Part shown: piece by piece, positions 12,648 through 26,058 of the stretch | Numbering within the stretch: position 1 is the stretch's first letter | Layout: each line of letters begins with the position of its first letter | Assembly (NCBI GenBank): GCA_964304625.1 | Contig: OZ199839.1 | Span: 9,747,250 to 9,811,249 of the forward strand | Reading direction: 5' to 3' | DNA length: 64,000 nt | DNA from: Kudoa neothunni | Lineage: Eukaryota > Animalia > Cnidaria | Made by a program: the position numbers and the translations under genes | Notes under the pieces: generated by a model | The model's input: the letters and a program-made list of their open reading frames with translations, nothing else | Told to the model about the DNA's origin: nothing | The model's database searches: none

Positions 12648-15192
12648 TCGCACGTATGCTATTAACTGCATGGCACTATTTCTTGATTGATATCTTTCTT
12701 GATAATTACTGTTACTGTGTTATTGAGTTTGTTTTTTTCGCGATTTTTATTATCAAAATGTAAACTTGTTTTGCTCTTACTTATGAAACTGCTTCTGTAT
12801 TATTTTCGAGTATACCAAATATGCTTTTAAGAAGGTGGCAAATGATATTTAGGTGTCACTAGTTTTTATTAATTTATTTCTATGCCTTAACGGCTAAGTG
12901 TCGTTGCAGAAATAATTAAATATAGCGGATTCTAAAAAATAAAATCTTTAGGCTGTTTGTGAGCAAGAGTTGTTAGGATTTAAAATTATAGTTGAACGTG
13001 CGTATATACGTTCAAGAATAAAACATACGATTCAAATAGCCTCTGTCAGGGTTTCAAGTGTTAGTTTTATATAACTATTTAATAAGTCGGATAGATTTTT
13101 TTATTTTGTAATGATTCCCCTTATCATATTAGAATGACATTGTATTAATCCTCGAGTTTAATTATTTTCAACTAAAGTTATTATTTAATCAAATAATTTA
13201 AATAAAATTATGGTGAATTAGATAAATTTCTTAAAAAAATACAAGCAATTCGTAGCCATCACTCTTAAGAAAGAGGCGAGAATAAACAAGAAATTCCTCA
13301 AAAATATATGTTACGCTTGTATAAAACTACAAACTAATTATTTTAAAATTCAAGGTTGATTTTCAAGTGAATTTGTCATCTGAAAGGAACAACCAACAAA
13401 CAAAAATATCCGAAAGTTACATTTAATTTCATTTTACGATCGAAGTAGAAGGTGGGAATATTTCATTCCCTTTAAACTACTACCTTTTCTGTTATAATTT
13501 TTATTCTATGGTAAAAATCATGGCTAATTTAAAAAGAAAAGTCCTGTCATAACAAAATTAAGTATTGATCGACCTATACTTTAAAAAGTGATATATTACC
13601 AGGAGCGCTAGTGTCTTACAATAATCTCAGGACAATCTCCAAGCTTGTCTGATTGTTTCAGTAGAAAATAAAATTAAAACTTTGTCGTACTCTTATTCCT
13701 TTTATTCATTTAAAAATCAGCTTTTAGTTAAAATTAAATGAATAATAAATATACGAGATTCAAAGGCCCTTAGACACTAAAGACTATTGGTTTGGTTTTG
13801 AAAAAGTAGTCTATTATATTATAACCTTACGGGAAAAATTTTTTGTTTATTTGATATTAAAAAATTGAAGTCGTGCTTCTTGTTAAGAGTTTGATTTAAA
13901 TAATAATTTTTTCCTACTGGTATGCTAAATTAATAGGGAAGTATTTATGAAATTTCACTAAAATAAATTGCGCCTGTTAGGAATTAGGAGGAAATTATCT
14001 TATTTGGGTACCTCATCCTCATATCTACCGTCTAGTACCGGAAAGGTTACATTCAATTAAGATGTTGGCAGGAATGTTTTTAGTAACAATTATTCATAAT
14101 GCAATTATCAGTTTCCTTATTTAACGTCTCTTTTTTATTTAGAAATGTAGCCGAAAAATGCTTACCTAACAATTCCACCTTAAAGTACATATGAATTTAG
14201 CTTCCAAGTTAAGGTGGAAAATTTGGATTGTTTACCAAGTTGATGGGGTTAATTTAAACAAATGGTTAAGAGCCATTGCTTAAAGGGTAAATATTGGATT
14301 ATTTAAAATTCAACGTTATTCAAATTCTAACTCCAATCAAAATAATGAACCAAGAAAATAGCAAAATCCTTACAGCATGCAGCAACGGATGCCTTCGTAA
14401 ACATGAAATGATTTACATTTGCTATATGAAAAAAGCTAGACTATAAAAACAAATATGACTTTTTGGAATGTAATAAGTCCAATTGTGAATTATGGTTCGC
14501 TATTTAAGCTCAGTCGTTTTAAAATATTGAGACCTTTTATCTATTCACATACAAAATAAAAGACGCTAATGATCGATTATATTAGTTTTAATCAATCATT
14601 TATACTCACTCTACCATTACAATATTCCAATATAAATTAGTTAAACTTAAAAAACTTAAATAATGCGAGCTAATCATATATCTATTTATCATATTCAACA
14701 TGTTAATTTCATTCAAGATGCAGAAAATCATTCACCTACCATAAATTGTTTATTTTGAGCCCATATACAAATAAAATCAATCGGAATAAGTAAAATAGAA
14801 AGTCCATAGAATGTGTGAGTATAGCATTTAAAAGGCTTTATTTCCGCTAATAAACTGTTTAATATGTCAACTGACTCATTATTATGTATTTTTATTTATC
14901 GAATTTTAGATAAAAACCTTCAAAAAATTTATTGAAAATTCATACCCAATATCACCAAGGCTAATTCAGCCAACAATATCACTCTAAATTAGCGCTAAAA
15001 TCTGTAATAAAGTGATAAAATAAATTACAGCTTTTAATAATAACAGAAAAGCAACAAGTTAGTTTAAACACACATAAAACTTCGAATTAGAAAACAAAAC
15101 AAAAATTTTGAATTAAAATAAAGTAATAAAAGATTAGGAATAAACATAAATTAATTGTCTGCAATGTTTCTCAGTAAATGCTAAAACAATGA

Positions 15193-17537
15193 ATGCAAAC
15201 ACCTCTTTCGGGAGTGTTCGTATCAGCTTCGTTGTCCACGCTCTGTGTTCGGCTGGCAATGTCCCCAAAGTTGTCCAAAGATGTGAATCCCATACAAGAA
15301 GACATATCCATCATGTTCACAGCTGTATACAATGAGGAAGACGAGTTTTTCGAAAACACACTGCAACAATATCACAACAATATGATGGGATTGTCAATTA
15401 AAGATTTTGAACTGTTCATCGTGGGTCTTTCAAAGTTGGATTGGTGTAATATCCCGGTTGAGGACCGATGTCATCGACTTGGTCGTTTTGTGATCGATTT
15501 GGCAATGGCCTATCCAAAATACGTTATTTCATTGGTCACGAGTTTGTTGACTTCATTCGGTTCATCATCTCCTCAGGATATTAATAACCAAGTGACCAAA
15601 TGTAAAAACGATTGTAACAACCAGCCACCCACTTATTCAACAACTTATTCAGTCGCCAACAAACATCGACTAGATACAATCAAGTATGTATTGTGGTTGT
15701 GTGTTTTTGTGCCGACAATCGCTCCTTGTAATTTAGGACAGTCATAGAAACCAATGTTGAAGTAAAGAAAGCCTTTAAAAGCATAATCTCATCCAACAGA
15801 TGGAATTGTTATCAATCGACTCCAATGTTGTTGGCGTATTTTTCGAATTTTTTGGTACTCTACGACTGTCTTGATGACACTAAACCATTCACAGCCTACT
15901 ATAAACGAATGTTGTTATGGGCGATATTTTCGACACTGACTTCAATCGATTGTGAACTTGATTTGAGGTATGTTCGTGAGAAGTACACATTTATGTGTTC
16001 GTTACGTCAGAAGAATGTGTCACTGGATGTGTTGTTGAATCATCGCAAGCACAGTCTCACTCCAGATCAACTGGAACAGATTGAATTTTTCGATAAATTC
16101 GATATCTTATTTAAATACGTGTTAACCTATTTTGACAACCACCTTTCGAGTTCCCCCTCGAAGTGGACCTGTTTTTTCAATTTTATCGTTAATATATTCG
16201 ATGATATTGTTGTTAAATCTCAGAACACAATAATGGTTCAGTATTTTTGGTTTTATTATGTTTCTCGTAAGAAGGTAAGAGTTGTTGTGTTATTTGGTGG
16301 AATTAATTGGTTGGATATAGAGATTTTTGGTTTCTTTCCTCAATCATGTGTGGCACAAGATTTTCTCACCCACCACAAAATCTGCAATCAAACAACAAAC
16401 ATACATTCGATATCTTGTGGGTTTTCTTTGCTACTCCTCTCGTATCCATCTAAAACTGTGTCAGACATTCTTACTCAGAATTGACAGTTTTCTCCACAAA
16501 TATTATGAACAAGAATGTGCTCGTCAAAGTCAAATCAATCAGGAACAACATTCGTCAACCCATTGCTATATTAGCTTTTCCAACTCATCCAATGCTAATA
16601 AAAACATCGAAATCATTCGTTTTTCACGCCATAAACTCTTCTACATACTTTTCCAAGCGTTGATAGATATTATTGTGCATAAAATGTCTCATTTGATCGA
16701 ATCCAATGAACACACACCATTGATGCAGAAAATAATAACACTTTAAACGCGAATGATGTTGACGCTTTTGTGGATTTTATCAAAAATTCACTTCATCTTA
16801 ACGAGCTCGTTAATGCTAATTCATTAAATCCACTTTATTATTGTGATCCTATTGTAATTTGAACTATCTATAATGACGGCTTAATTTTTAACTGGCTTTT
16901 CTCACGCTTTATCAACTGTTACTATCTATATCTATGTTCAGTTATTCTTCTGCTTAATCTCCAAGCGAAATTTCAATTGGGAGGTTCTAAAATAGTGGCG
17001 GATTATGTGATTTTATTTTTTTGACCCAATTAAGCGTGTGAATAGCCTCGGCTGTTGTATTGTTGTTGTTTTTTTTATATTAATAATCCGGTGTTTGTTT
17101 AGATAACTGACAATTTGGCCAGATTAAACCACACACATCAACTTCTCGACTGTGACAATCTACTCCAGAAGAATTCACATCGTTGGCTGCTATGCTCTAG
17201 CTCCAAAGATCTCGCTTCGCACTTCCTGCAGACCAACTGTAAAGATTTCAACCACATTGCGAATCACTTCAAATTACCACGCGATTCTTCTCTCAACCAG
17301 CCACTTTTCTACAATCCCTTTCGTGTAGTTTTTCTACCGTTGTCAGCTCAACTACTTAAACCATATCACATTGAATGGAAGGTGATTATCTGATTTTTGT
17401 AATGCGTCGTCTTATCATTTTCTGTTGCACAGGAACTGCCCCAATCAAAACCTTCCCCTCTCAATCAGCTCACTGTAAATGTTAGCTATACGGCTGTTCA
17501 CAATCCCAACAAAGTTAGTCGTAATTGTAATCCGTAG
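15193..17537 (+). CDS. RRN3: RNA polymerase I transcription initiation factor RRN3/TIF-IA, 5 exons, one frame break
   Basis: Introns at 15684-15736, 16275-16320, 16854-17102 and 17382-17432. Motifs NIFDDIVVKSQNTIMVQYFWFY, RHKLFYILFQAL, SLNPLYYC and NPFRVVFLPLS...YHIEW match RRN3 in order. A -1/+2 shift is required within 16710-16746. Confidence 0.8.
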
Positions 17538-17656
17538 GCGATAGTTACTGTATGAAAATTTTATATCGTGTGTTTCTTCTGCGTTTATGGATAATATTGA
17601 CACCATTGAATGTATTGATATGTGCTATTTTACGTCGATTATTATTAATTGTAATA

Positions 17657-17699
17657 TGGTCAAGTGATCAAGTGGTCAAATGATCAAATGATCAAGTGG
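17657..17699. repeat. 8-bp tandem repeat (TGRTCAAR)x5
   Basis: Reads TGGTCAAG TGATCAAG TGGTCAAA TGATCAAA TGATCAAG TGG. Confidence 0.8.
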
Positions 17700-20605
17700 A
17701 AGGGGATTGTTTATTTTTGTTGTCTGCAATGTTTGAAGATCTCAGCTCGTAATATAACTTGAGCTTGATAGTTATCGGAGTAATAATATGAATCTCCCCT
17801 CAGAATTAAGTCTTAAATTGCGCCATTTTAACTGCTGATTAAATTGGTTATGGCTAATTTTTAATCCGATTTCTCTGCTTGTCTCAAGTTCTTGCTTACT
17901 TCTTCTATGGTAAATCGAATTTCACATTTGATTTTGAAGGCAAAAATATAACAAAGAGAAAACTTAGGAATTAATTAAAATTATTTTGGAATTATTGAAG
18001 TTTTGTATGAATCTATTTTTGGTGTAATTTTTATAGATATTAAATTTGAATATTTAATTGTCCAATATGAGCCATTTATAACATAAATCAATGTCTCTCT
18101 TATATTTTGTTCCTGCATATTATCCAAAATTTGAAGTTTGCTGCGCGCGATGTTATTTTAGAATATAAAAATAACATTATTTTTATTATTTTAGTTTGTA
18201 AATGAAAAGATTTAATTTTATTTAATATCAACATAATCGAGTTGATTAGCGCAATCTATCATTAGAAATTTTAATAGTTAACTTCAGATTTTCCTGTCAC
18301 ATAATCAAACTATTTAATTATATCTATTTCTAATTGAAAAATGCTAATCTTAAGTATATATTTATTAATTATAATTTTTATTGTATATTATAACCAGTCA
18401 TATTTTATTTACAATAGTATTATAATAAGAGAGACATCCCTTGTACATTATTTAATGAAAGGAAAGAGATAAAAGAACTGGGAACTTAATTCCGGCGCTC
18501 CAAAATAATTAAAAAATTAAGCTATAAATATTTCATTGAATAAAGAAACTTTTTTTGCTCTCTTCATCTATCGATAAAAAGTTCAAAACGTAGTATTTTC
18601 ATGTTGTTGGTTGATAGAACACCAAAATTGTTTTCAGGTTTCATATCGATACGTTGCCATTACCTATTATCATCAATAGGACATCCAAAGAATCAAAACG
18701 CATAAATTAGTGGAAACTAACGAATTTGATGTTAAACAAAGTTTCAACTGTTTTATATTAATTTTGATCCAATTCTCGTATCCCTTGTAGCTTATATAGA
18801 AAAATTGGTTAAGTTATTGAATAGTTGTTAGGTGAAACTTGTTTTCTATAATTTATCTATGTTTAATTAAATTATTTTATTTCACTCATTTCATTTGTTA
18901 TCTATATAAATAAAAAGGATAACTAAGTCTATGGATAATTATTTGAAATATATTCATTCGCCGATGCATCATACCACAATACCTAAATTGAACAAAATAA
19001 TTAATTCAAACAAAAAGTTTGAATTATATTTAACGATATAAAAAAATCAGAGAAAGTTGGAAAATTCCGAATTTTTTTATCCATAATGAATTTTTAAGGT
19101 TTCTGTCGTTAATATTTAGTATATTTAGTATTGTTTGGTTGTGCGATAGAAAAAGGTTCACCAATTTTTATAGTCAGCCCTCTTTCAGCGTAGACTAATA
19201 ATGACTAATTTACTACAGCCTCGTCAAAAAAATATCAATCTATTTTATGTGCGAGCGTAAATAAGTTTCTTTTTGTAGACAGATTTATTCACACGAATTA
19301 ATAAAATGTTATAGATTAAAATGATGTGTTAATACAGCTTGTACATATTTAATCAGTCCAAAGAAAAAATATACGAAAATTTTAAACATCCATTCCCACC
19401 ATACCAAACAGCTGTTATGTCTCTCTAGTTAACGGATAAAATAACTAATTATCTCATTTAGAGTAAAGTTAAAGTTATCAGTCAGGTATTTTACAACAAT
19501 CTTTTTCCCAATACATTTAGGTTACCATAATATAATCTAACTTTGCATTAAATTCAACATTAATTTTTTTGAATTACCGAAGAAATATTCATGAGATTAT
19601 GCAGAAAAAATCGAATATTTATTCATAGCTAATAATTTAATGGTTGTCATTTGTTAACATCTACAATCAACATTGAGTGATAATTTTGTATCTTGAACTC
19701 TTTTCATTAAGATTTGGCGTGTTCCACAAGACGTAGAAGTACATCTTGCCGTGCGTCAAATAATTAAATAATTGACTTGATGTTAACTTTCTCATACTTT
19801 ACTAACATCCACAAATACAATTAAGATTTGTTAATTAATCTATGAAAGTGGCTATTAGCTCGAAATATAATCTTTTTCAATGGAAATTTTTAGCCACATC
19901 TGAATATTATACAAAATAACAACAGTCACTTCCGCAACTGATTTAACCCTAGCAAGTTCTGCGGACCCCTTTTGGTCCAAAATTTAAATGCTTATAAAAT
20001 TATAGGGATATATAACTAAATTAATGGTACAACAATTTTATGTAATTATATTTACAGGAGTAAAATATTTGTTCATCCTGTGTAACTATTTTGGACGAGC
20101 TTTCTAGAGCTAATGCTCAACCCAAAACAACAAAATTAGACTTATGCGGGATTAGTTAAAGTTGGGTTTGTCTGTCTATATGTAAGTTATTTAGAAGATT
20201 ATCACCTAATGTGATTACAATTCTAGTATTGTCCCTAAAAAATACGGACCTCCGATTGACTATTGATCGTCATATGGCAAACCATACAGTGTAGTAATTT
20301 TTTCAGAAAAACATTTCAGATAATAATAAATAAATCAGAGACTCAAACAAAGGAGTTATCAACAAATATGTCTAGTTATTGATCTAATAATTAGTTGTCG
20401 TAATTTCGAATCAAGTCGTTAAGTTTGTTACAATGAGAAAGTTAGGTGGGTGGATTTCAACAAAATAAACTTAATGCATTCCAGCTCGATGTAACCATTG
20501 AAACCTTATGTTTTCGTCCATAAAAGTTATTCAACCTAAATAAAACCAAGTCCTAGGAGATTTATCATGTTGTTTCACGTTCAGTTTTATTGGTGAGAAT
20601 TGTAT

Positions 20606-20620
20606 AGAAAGTTCTAGAAT
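20606..20620 (+). promoter_or_regulatory. Heat shock element upstream of sHSP-2
   Basis: AGAAAGTTCTAGAAT is a perfect three-unit HSE, with TATAAA at about 20634. Confidence 0.85.
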
Positions 20621-20701
20621 TTAACAACTTGATTATAAACCGTTCAGTCAGTCGGGCTTTAGCGTATCGTTGCATCGTTGCTTCGAGGTTTGTTAAGTTG
20701 A

Positions 20702-21397
20702 ATGTGGCCAGTTGTATCGAGAAGCTTGTTGGTTCCTACTTATTGGGATGATTTCCCCGATGTGATGGATGTTGCCTTCAGGGATCCGTTTGAAGATAAA
20801 TTCTTCAACAGTCTGCTAAGCGCCCCTAACGATGATATCTTTGTGATAAACGTCTACGTGGGGGACTACTCCACTGATGATGTGAAATGGCGCGTTGAAG
20901 GTAAAAAATTGAAGGTGAATGGAAGTCACGTTCGCAAGACAAAATACGGTGAAGACAAGAGCGAATTCAATCGTGAATTTGATTTACCCGAAAATGTGCT
21001 CAAAGACACACTTCGTCATTATGTGACATCTGATGGGGTTCTTGTGATAGAAGGCAAAAGACATGTGGATGTGAGATATCCATTCCAGGACAAATCTGAC
21101 AAAGATCATTTTGAGGTTGTGGTGGATGTTCAAGGATTCACTGAGGACGAAGTTCAGGTCAATCTTCATCACAGAAATCTGGTGATTGAGGGTACCCATT
21201 CGACGGATAAAAAAACCAAACGCGATGAAAAGATTCAAAACAAATCATTCAAGCGGGTTATAACACTTCCGCTCGATGTGGATGAAACCACCATTGATAT
21301 TGTTCGCAATAAGGACAATTATTTGGTCGTAAAGGCAAAACGCAATCCTAAGGAAGCCCTAGCTGCCCCTAAGCGTCTTGCAGTCAAGCAGGAGTAA
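20702..21397 (+). CDS. Small heat shock protein with two alpha-crystallin domains (sHSP-2), paralog of sHSP-1
   Basis: 231 aa, colinear with 11952..12647 without gaps and with the same motifs. Confidence 0.92.
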   Translation: MWPVVSRSLLVPTYWDDFPDVMDVAFRDPFEDKFFNSLLSAPNDDIFVINVYVGDYSTDDVKWRVEGKKLKVNGSHVRKTKYGEDKSEFNREFDLPENVLKDTLRHYVTSDGVLVIEGKRHVDVRYPFQDKSDKDHFEVVVDVQGFTEDEVQVNLHHRNLVIEGTHSTDKKTKRDEKIQNKSFKRVITLPLDVDETTIDIVRNKDNYLVVKAKRNPKEALAAPKRLAVKQE

Positions 21398-22240
21398 TGT
21401 TATACCCTCCAACGATTAACCTACTTTTGTCAACTATTGTTGATTGTTGTTTGTTCGTGGTGAACATTATTGTCTTTTTCCGAGGTGTATTTTTCGCGCT
21501 CTTTTTCATAAAGTTTTTTATTGCGCACGCATTTCATTTTAAAACGTGTTGCGCCTGCGCACAAATAACAAACTACTAATCCTTACACATTGGTTATGGT
21601 GAAAACCATCGATGGTGTTCCCATTGATGAAACCAAATACGGATTGATAACAACCAGGGTCCGATTGGTAGATGTCGCTGACACGTTTCGAACGATGTTG
21701 CGATATGTACAATTACTTTCGGCTGGATTTGCTTATGTGTAAATGGTGTGTTTAGAGATATTTCAGTGAAATTTTAAAAAGTCAACCAGTAAAGTCAACG
21801 TTTATTGACGCATGCACAATTTATTTAATCTTGAATTTTTTCTCGAGAAAATACATAAGTAAATTAACAATTTTTTACGTTTCAAATTTAAATGGTCATC
21901 ATTAATTAGGGACACCCCTGAGAAGAATGAAATTTGTATTGCTGCCTGTGTGTTTAAGCTGTCCATTTATTACGTAATTCTGATACGATGGTCCCGGTTT
22001 TGTTTATTTTTATACGTATATTTAGATTGTATCATGTGAATAAAGAATTGGACTTTCAAAATGAGCTATTGATAAGATACCAATTAGGCATATTGGATAC
22101 GCCCCCCCAATTTAGATGAATGAAATGTCAATTTTTGAATTCTTTCATTTTCAATTTTGTTTTTTATTTCACTTCAATTACTCGTTTAGCTTAATTTTTG
22201 TATCAACAATATAAAAGAAGAATATCATTTACCATTTTAA

Positions 22241-22883
22241 CCCTTGAATACCTACCTGGACCTGGAGGGGACCAATCAGCGCTTATTATTATATCAATAA
22301 CTTTTACGAAATATTTTAGTTCCTTTTTCCCTAGGTGTATTTTATAGTATATTGTGTTTTTAAAAAGCTTAAATAATTGTTTTAAGTTCGATTTTTTCGT
22401 CGAAAATTAAAAAAGAAAAAGTTACACAAATTTTAAAATCTCCATCATATAAATAATAACGTTCAGATAATTCAAATATTTTTATTCACACATTAATTTA
22501 TAATGCCAAATTTCAATTTACAAAATACGAATTTATCTATTTAACATATTCGTTCCAACATGGGACAGGATTTCTTAATAAAACAAAGCCTTATTTGTTA
22601 AAATTAATAATAAATAATAATAATAGTAAAGTAAATGTGATATACTTAAAGATGTGCTATCTTAGTCGCTCATAATTCTGTTTGGTAAATCAAAATAAAA
22701 CTGTTATAATCTAAATTTAAATAATTTATATTTATGTATTTTAATATATTGATTACACTTTTTTTCACTAATGAGTTTATAAATAAATTTTACTTTCGCT
22801 ATAATATCTAATTTCGATTTGTTTATTATGTGTAGCTTGGGATCTCAGTACAAACAGCACATCCGATTTATCCATATTAAGGG
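22241..22883. mobile_element. piggyBac-type MITE
   Basis: Ends TTAA-CCCTTGAATA and TATTAAGGG-TGAA around a non-coding AT-rich interior. Confidence 0.5.
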
Positions 22884-22899
22884 TGAATGTTGACAAACT

Positions 22900-23720
22900 G
22901 TGCGGATCTGTTCATAAAACGGCAGATTTATAGTCCAAATTACAAATGAAAATACAATCGGGCTCAGCTACGAGACCATGGAGAGGTCTCAGTGATCGAT
23001 AAAGGAAGTTAGTGGAATGTTTCGATAGTTTGGAGGATGTGCTAGAAAATCATCCAGCTAACAAATACTTTGATGGATTGGACAAGAACGAATGTGTTGT
23101 TGTAGCTGATTTTTCAAAATATTTTCCGATTTCTTTGATCAGTTGGAGCAGGTGAATAGACCATCGTCGCATTTTGTAATTCGTTTAAGTTTCGATTTTT
23201 ATATTATCGTTTAGTGTTTATTGTATTTCATCGTATCAAAGCAATGATTCAAAAGCAACATGAAACTTTTATGGCGATTATTGTATGCTATGCATTTGGT
23301 AAGTTTAATGGATGGAAAATACACACAATGTATCGATATAAAACATAAAATCGCAGCTTTTCTCCACCTAAATTTTAAAAAATTTGAAATTTATTGAGTG
23401 TGAGTTTGCGAAATAAAGAATTAAATTTTGTGATAAACCACGTTGAGTCGCTTTAAATAAGCATGGCTGAACCAAACTACCCATTTAAAAAAACAAATTT
23501 GATGGTAAATCTTTGCTTGTAACAAACATAAAAAAAATTTAGAATTAATCCCAAAGAGAGCGGAACCTTCGAAAAACTATTCAATATGTTATGAACTGGA
23601 TAGTGACTCAGAAGATTTTAAATCAGAAATTCAACTGTCCATCCAAGAAAAAATCAACCAAGTTTACGAAAATCCGCTCGTTTATTGGGAAAACTCCAAG
23701 AATGAAAATCTTGGAAAATT
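22900..23720 (+). mobile_element. Possible hAT transposase remnant
   Basis: Fragments LVSLMDGKY and ENPLVYWENSK resemble the hAT LDPR(F/Y)K and dimerisation-domain PLxWW motifs. Very decayed. Confidence 0.3.
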
Positions 23721-24149
23721 AGTATTTTTTATTAAAAATAAGACACTTTTTGAGTAAATTTAATTCACTCCTCTTTATTATGTGTCATATTGCATTATCT
23801 CAAAAGCAAACTGAACAGACCTAACTTAGCCACTTAAAAAATTCACTTCTAATTATTAGACTTATAAAATTATGGTTTTAAAGTATTTTTGTCATTCTAA
23901 AAAACGTTTAGACAGACTTGATTATAGCGTAACTTAATATAGCAGGGTTCTGTTTCCAAAATCAATTTAATTATCTTTAAAAAAAACACTGATATCAAAT
24001 TTTTATTTGATAATAAAATATGAGATTATGACATGAGGTAATGTATCTCAAAAATTCCAGTAAATCAAGGTGAAGATCGTAATTGGTTATATTCAATGAC
24101 TCGTATTTTTCTTCGCTTAAAATTTAATATTAATTTCATATATAAGATC

Positions 24150-25292
24150 TTTTTTTCATGATTGTCCATAATAAAACAAAAGAATAAGGAGAGATAAAAT
24201 TTAGCATAAAATAATAACTTTTAAATTTTAAGAATTTTTCATCAAACATTGAATTGCTGTCTAATTTGTTTTAATCATCACTCATAAGTTGGTTATTTTT
24301 CATATTTTTAAGCATATAAACATAAATTTTACAATATCAGATTTATCTATGTATGTTTTTATTGATTTTAATTGTAAATAGTTTAAAAACGAGGATAACC
24401 ACGTGTTCTCAAATGCATTTTCTTAATATTCTCAGGACTGATGAGTTTTTTAAAAATAAATAAACACTATATTTTAGATGAAATTTTAATTTCAATAGGT
24501 GAATAGTTAAATGTTGATTATATGAAGTTGTTACTTTATTAGAGGAATTATTTACGTGTGTGTTTAGTATAACATTCGATAAACTTAAAAATGTAGTTAT
24601 TAAAATTCCCAAAATGGTTATTTTTATACATATATTAGTTTTAGTCAATTATATGTGTACCGATAAAAATAATAACATTAGTTAAGATATTAAATTTACA
24701 CTTAGTAATATTCTCAATTCGTGTATTTGCCCGAATTTGTTGTTACTAAATTTTTATACATACAAAAACTTATAAAACAATAATAATATAGCCTAATATT
24801 TTTTTTTCAATATATTACAAATATTGAAATGTAAAACAGTTTTCTATTATCATTTTAAAAATTTTTCCTGAAGTTTAATAATAAAAATTGAATAAATTCT
24901 TAATTTCTAGCAATAAATTGAATAAAAAAATCATAAACTAAAAAAATTGTATGACATCAATATCTATTTTTTAAAATTCAGAAATTATTTTCATTATAAT
25001 GAAAAATTAGATTTTTTCGTGAGACAAGCGGTAAGTTTATTATTAAATTTAATCCATATAAAATTGTTATACAACAATAGTAAAATATCAAAATAGTAAT
25101 AATAAATAACTTTTGCATTGATAACTAAGAAAGAAACGAAAAAAAATTCAGTGTCTGTTGCAAAAATATGGAGATTACATGTGTGTCCGACAGCGTGGGG
25201 ATGAAGAACTCTTAAAATTTAAAAGTTATTATTTTAAGCTAAATTTTATCTCTCATTATTCTTTTGTTACATTATGGAAAATTGTGAAAAAA
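24150..25292. repeat. Element with ~95-bp inverted repeats (foldback or MULE-like)
   Basis: About 24150-24243 is the imperfect reverse complement of about 25200-25292. No TSD identified. Confidence 0.6.
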
Positions 25293-25389
25293 GAAATTCG
25301 AAAAACATTCGCAATCGCAAGAGAGCGTTTTTAGGTGCCGCTGTGGCATATCTACGTATTAACAATAGCGCGTAATCATGCGCCAGTGC

Positions 25390-25470
25390 TATTGTCCATA
25401 GTCAAGTAGTAAGGTCCCGCCACCTCTAGGTTTGAGGATCATGGGTTTGACCCTCGTCCGCTACACCACA
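25390..25470 (+). mobile_element. tRNA-derived SINE head or tRNA pseudogene
   Basis: A-box-like TAGTCAAGTAGTAAGG and B-box-like GGGTTTGACCC, ending in CACCA. The cloverleaf is poor. Confidence 0.4.
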
Positions 25471-26058
25471 TACTTTACCACCATCCTCGCACACAAAACG
25501 CACGAATGGTTTCGTTCGTGTTTATAATTATGAAGAAAACTTCGTTCGCTCATCACACGAACGGGCATTGTCTGCTCGTATCACGTTAAACAATCTAATG
25601 TGTTGTCGTTCAATACAGTAAATGTTTAAACCCTGCATGGTATAATCTGAATAGGATACGTTATTAAAAATACGAATATTAATTTCGCCCATAAAAAAAT
25701 TGTTATTTAATGTTTAAAGTTTTTCAATAAAAACCCAAGATTTTGTAAAAAATGAAAAAACCCCCAAGACTCGGCCCTGGCCTGGCTCGAGGGCACCTTG
25801 GACCTAATTCACATTTTAACGCCGCGACAAGTCACCTACTGTATTTCTTTAATATTTTCAAAAAATGAAGACACCATAATATATCAGTTCTATGATATAA
25901 AATATTAACAAAGCTTATTATTGATTTAATCACTTTACAGAAAATTTTAGTGTTAAATAATCAATATATAATTCATTGAATTAGAATTTTGTAGCGCATA
26001 CAAAAAAAACAGTTTAAAAACACAAAAGAAGCGGCGGAATAGATAAATCGTCATGAAT

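Noticed and set aside
16742-16748. TTTAAAC slippery heptamer at the RRN3 frame break
   Set aside because: It is phased T_TTA_AAC in the downstream frame. The upstream frame reads CTT TAA, so canonical -1 slippage does not apply.
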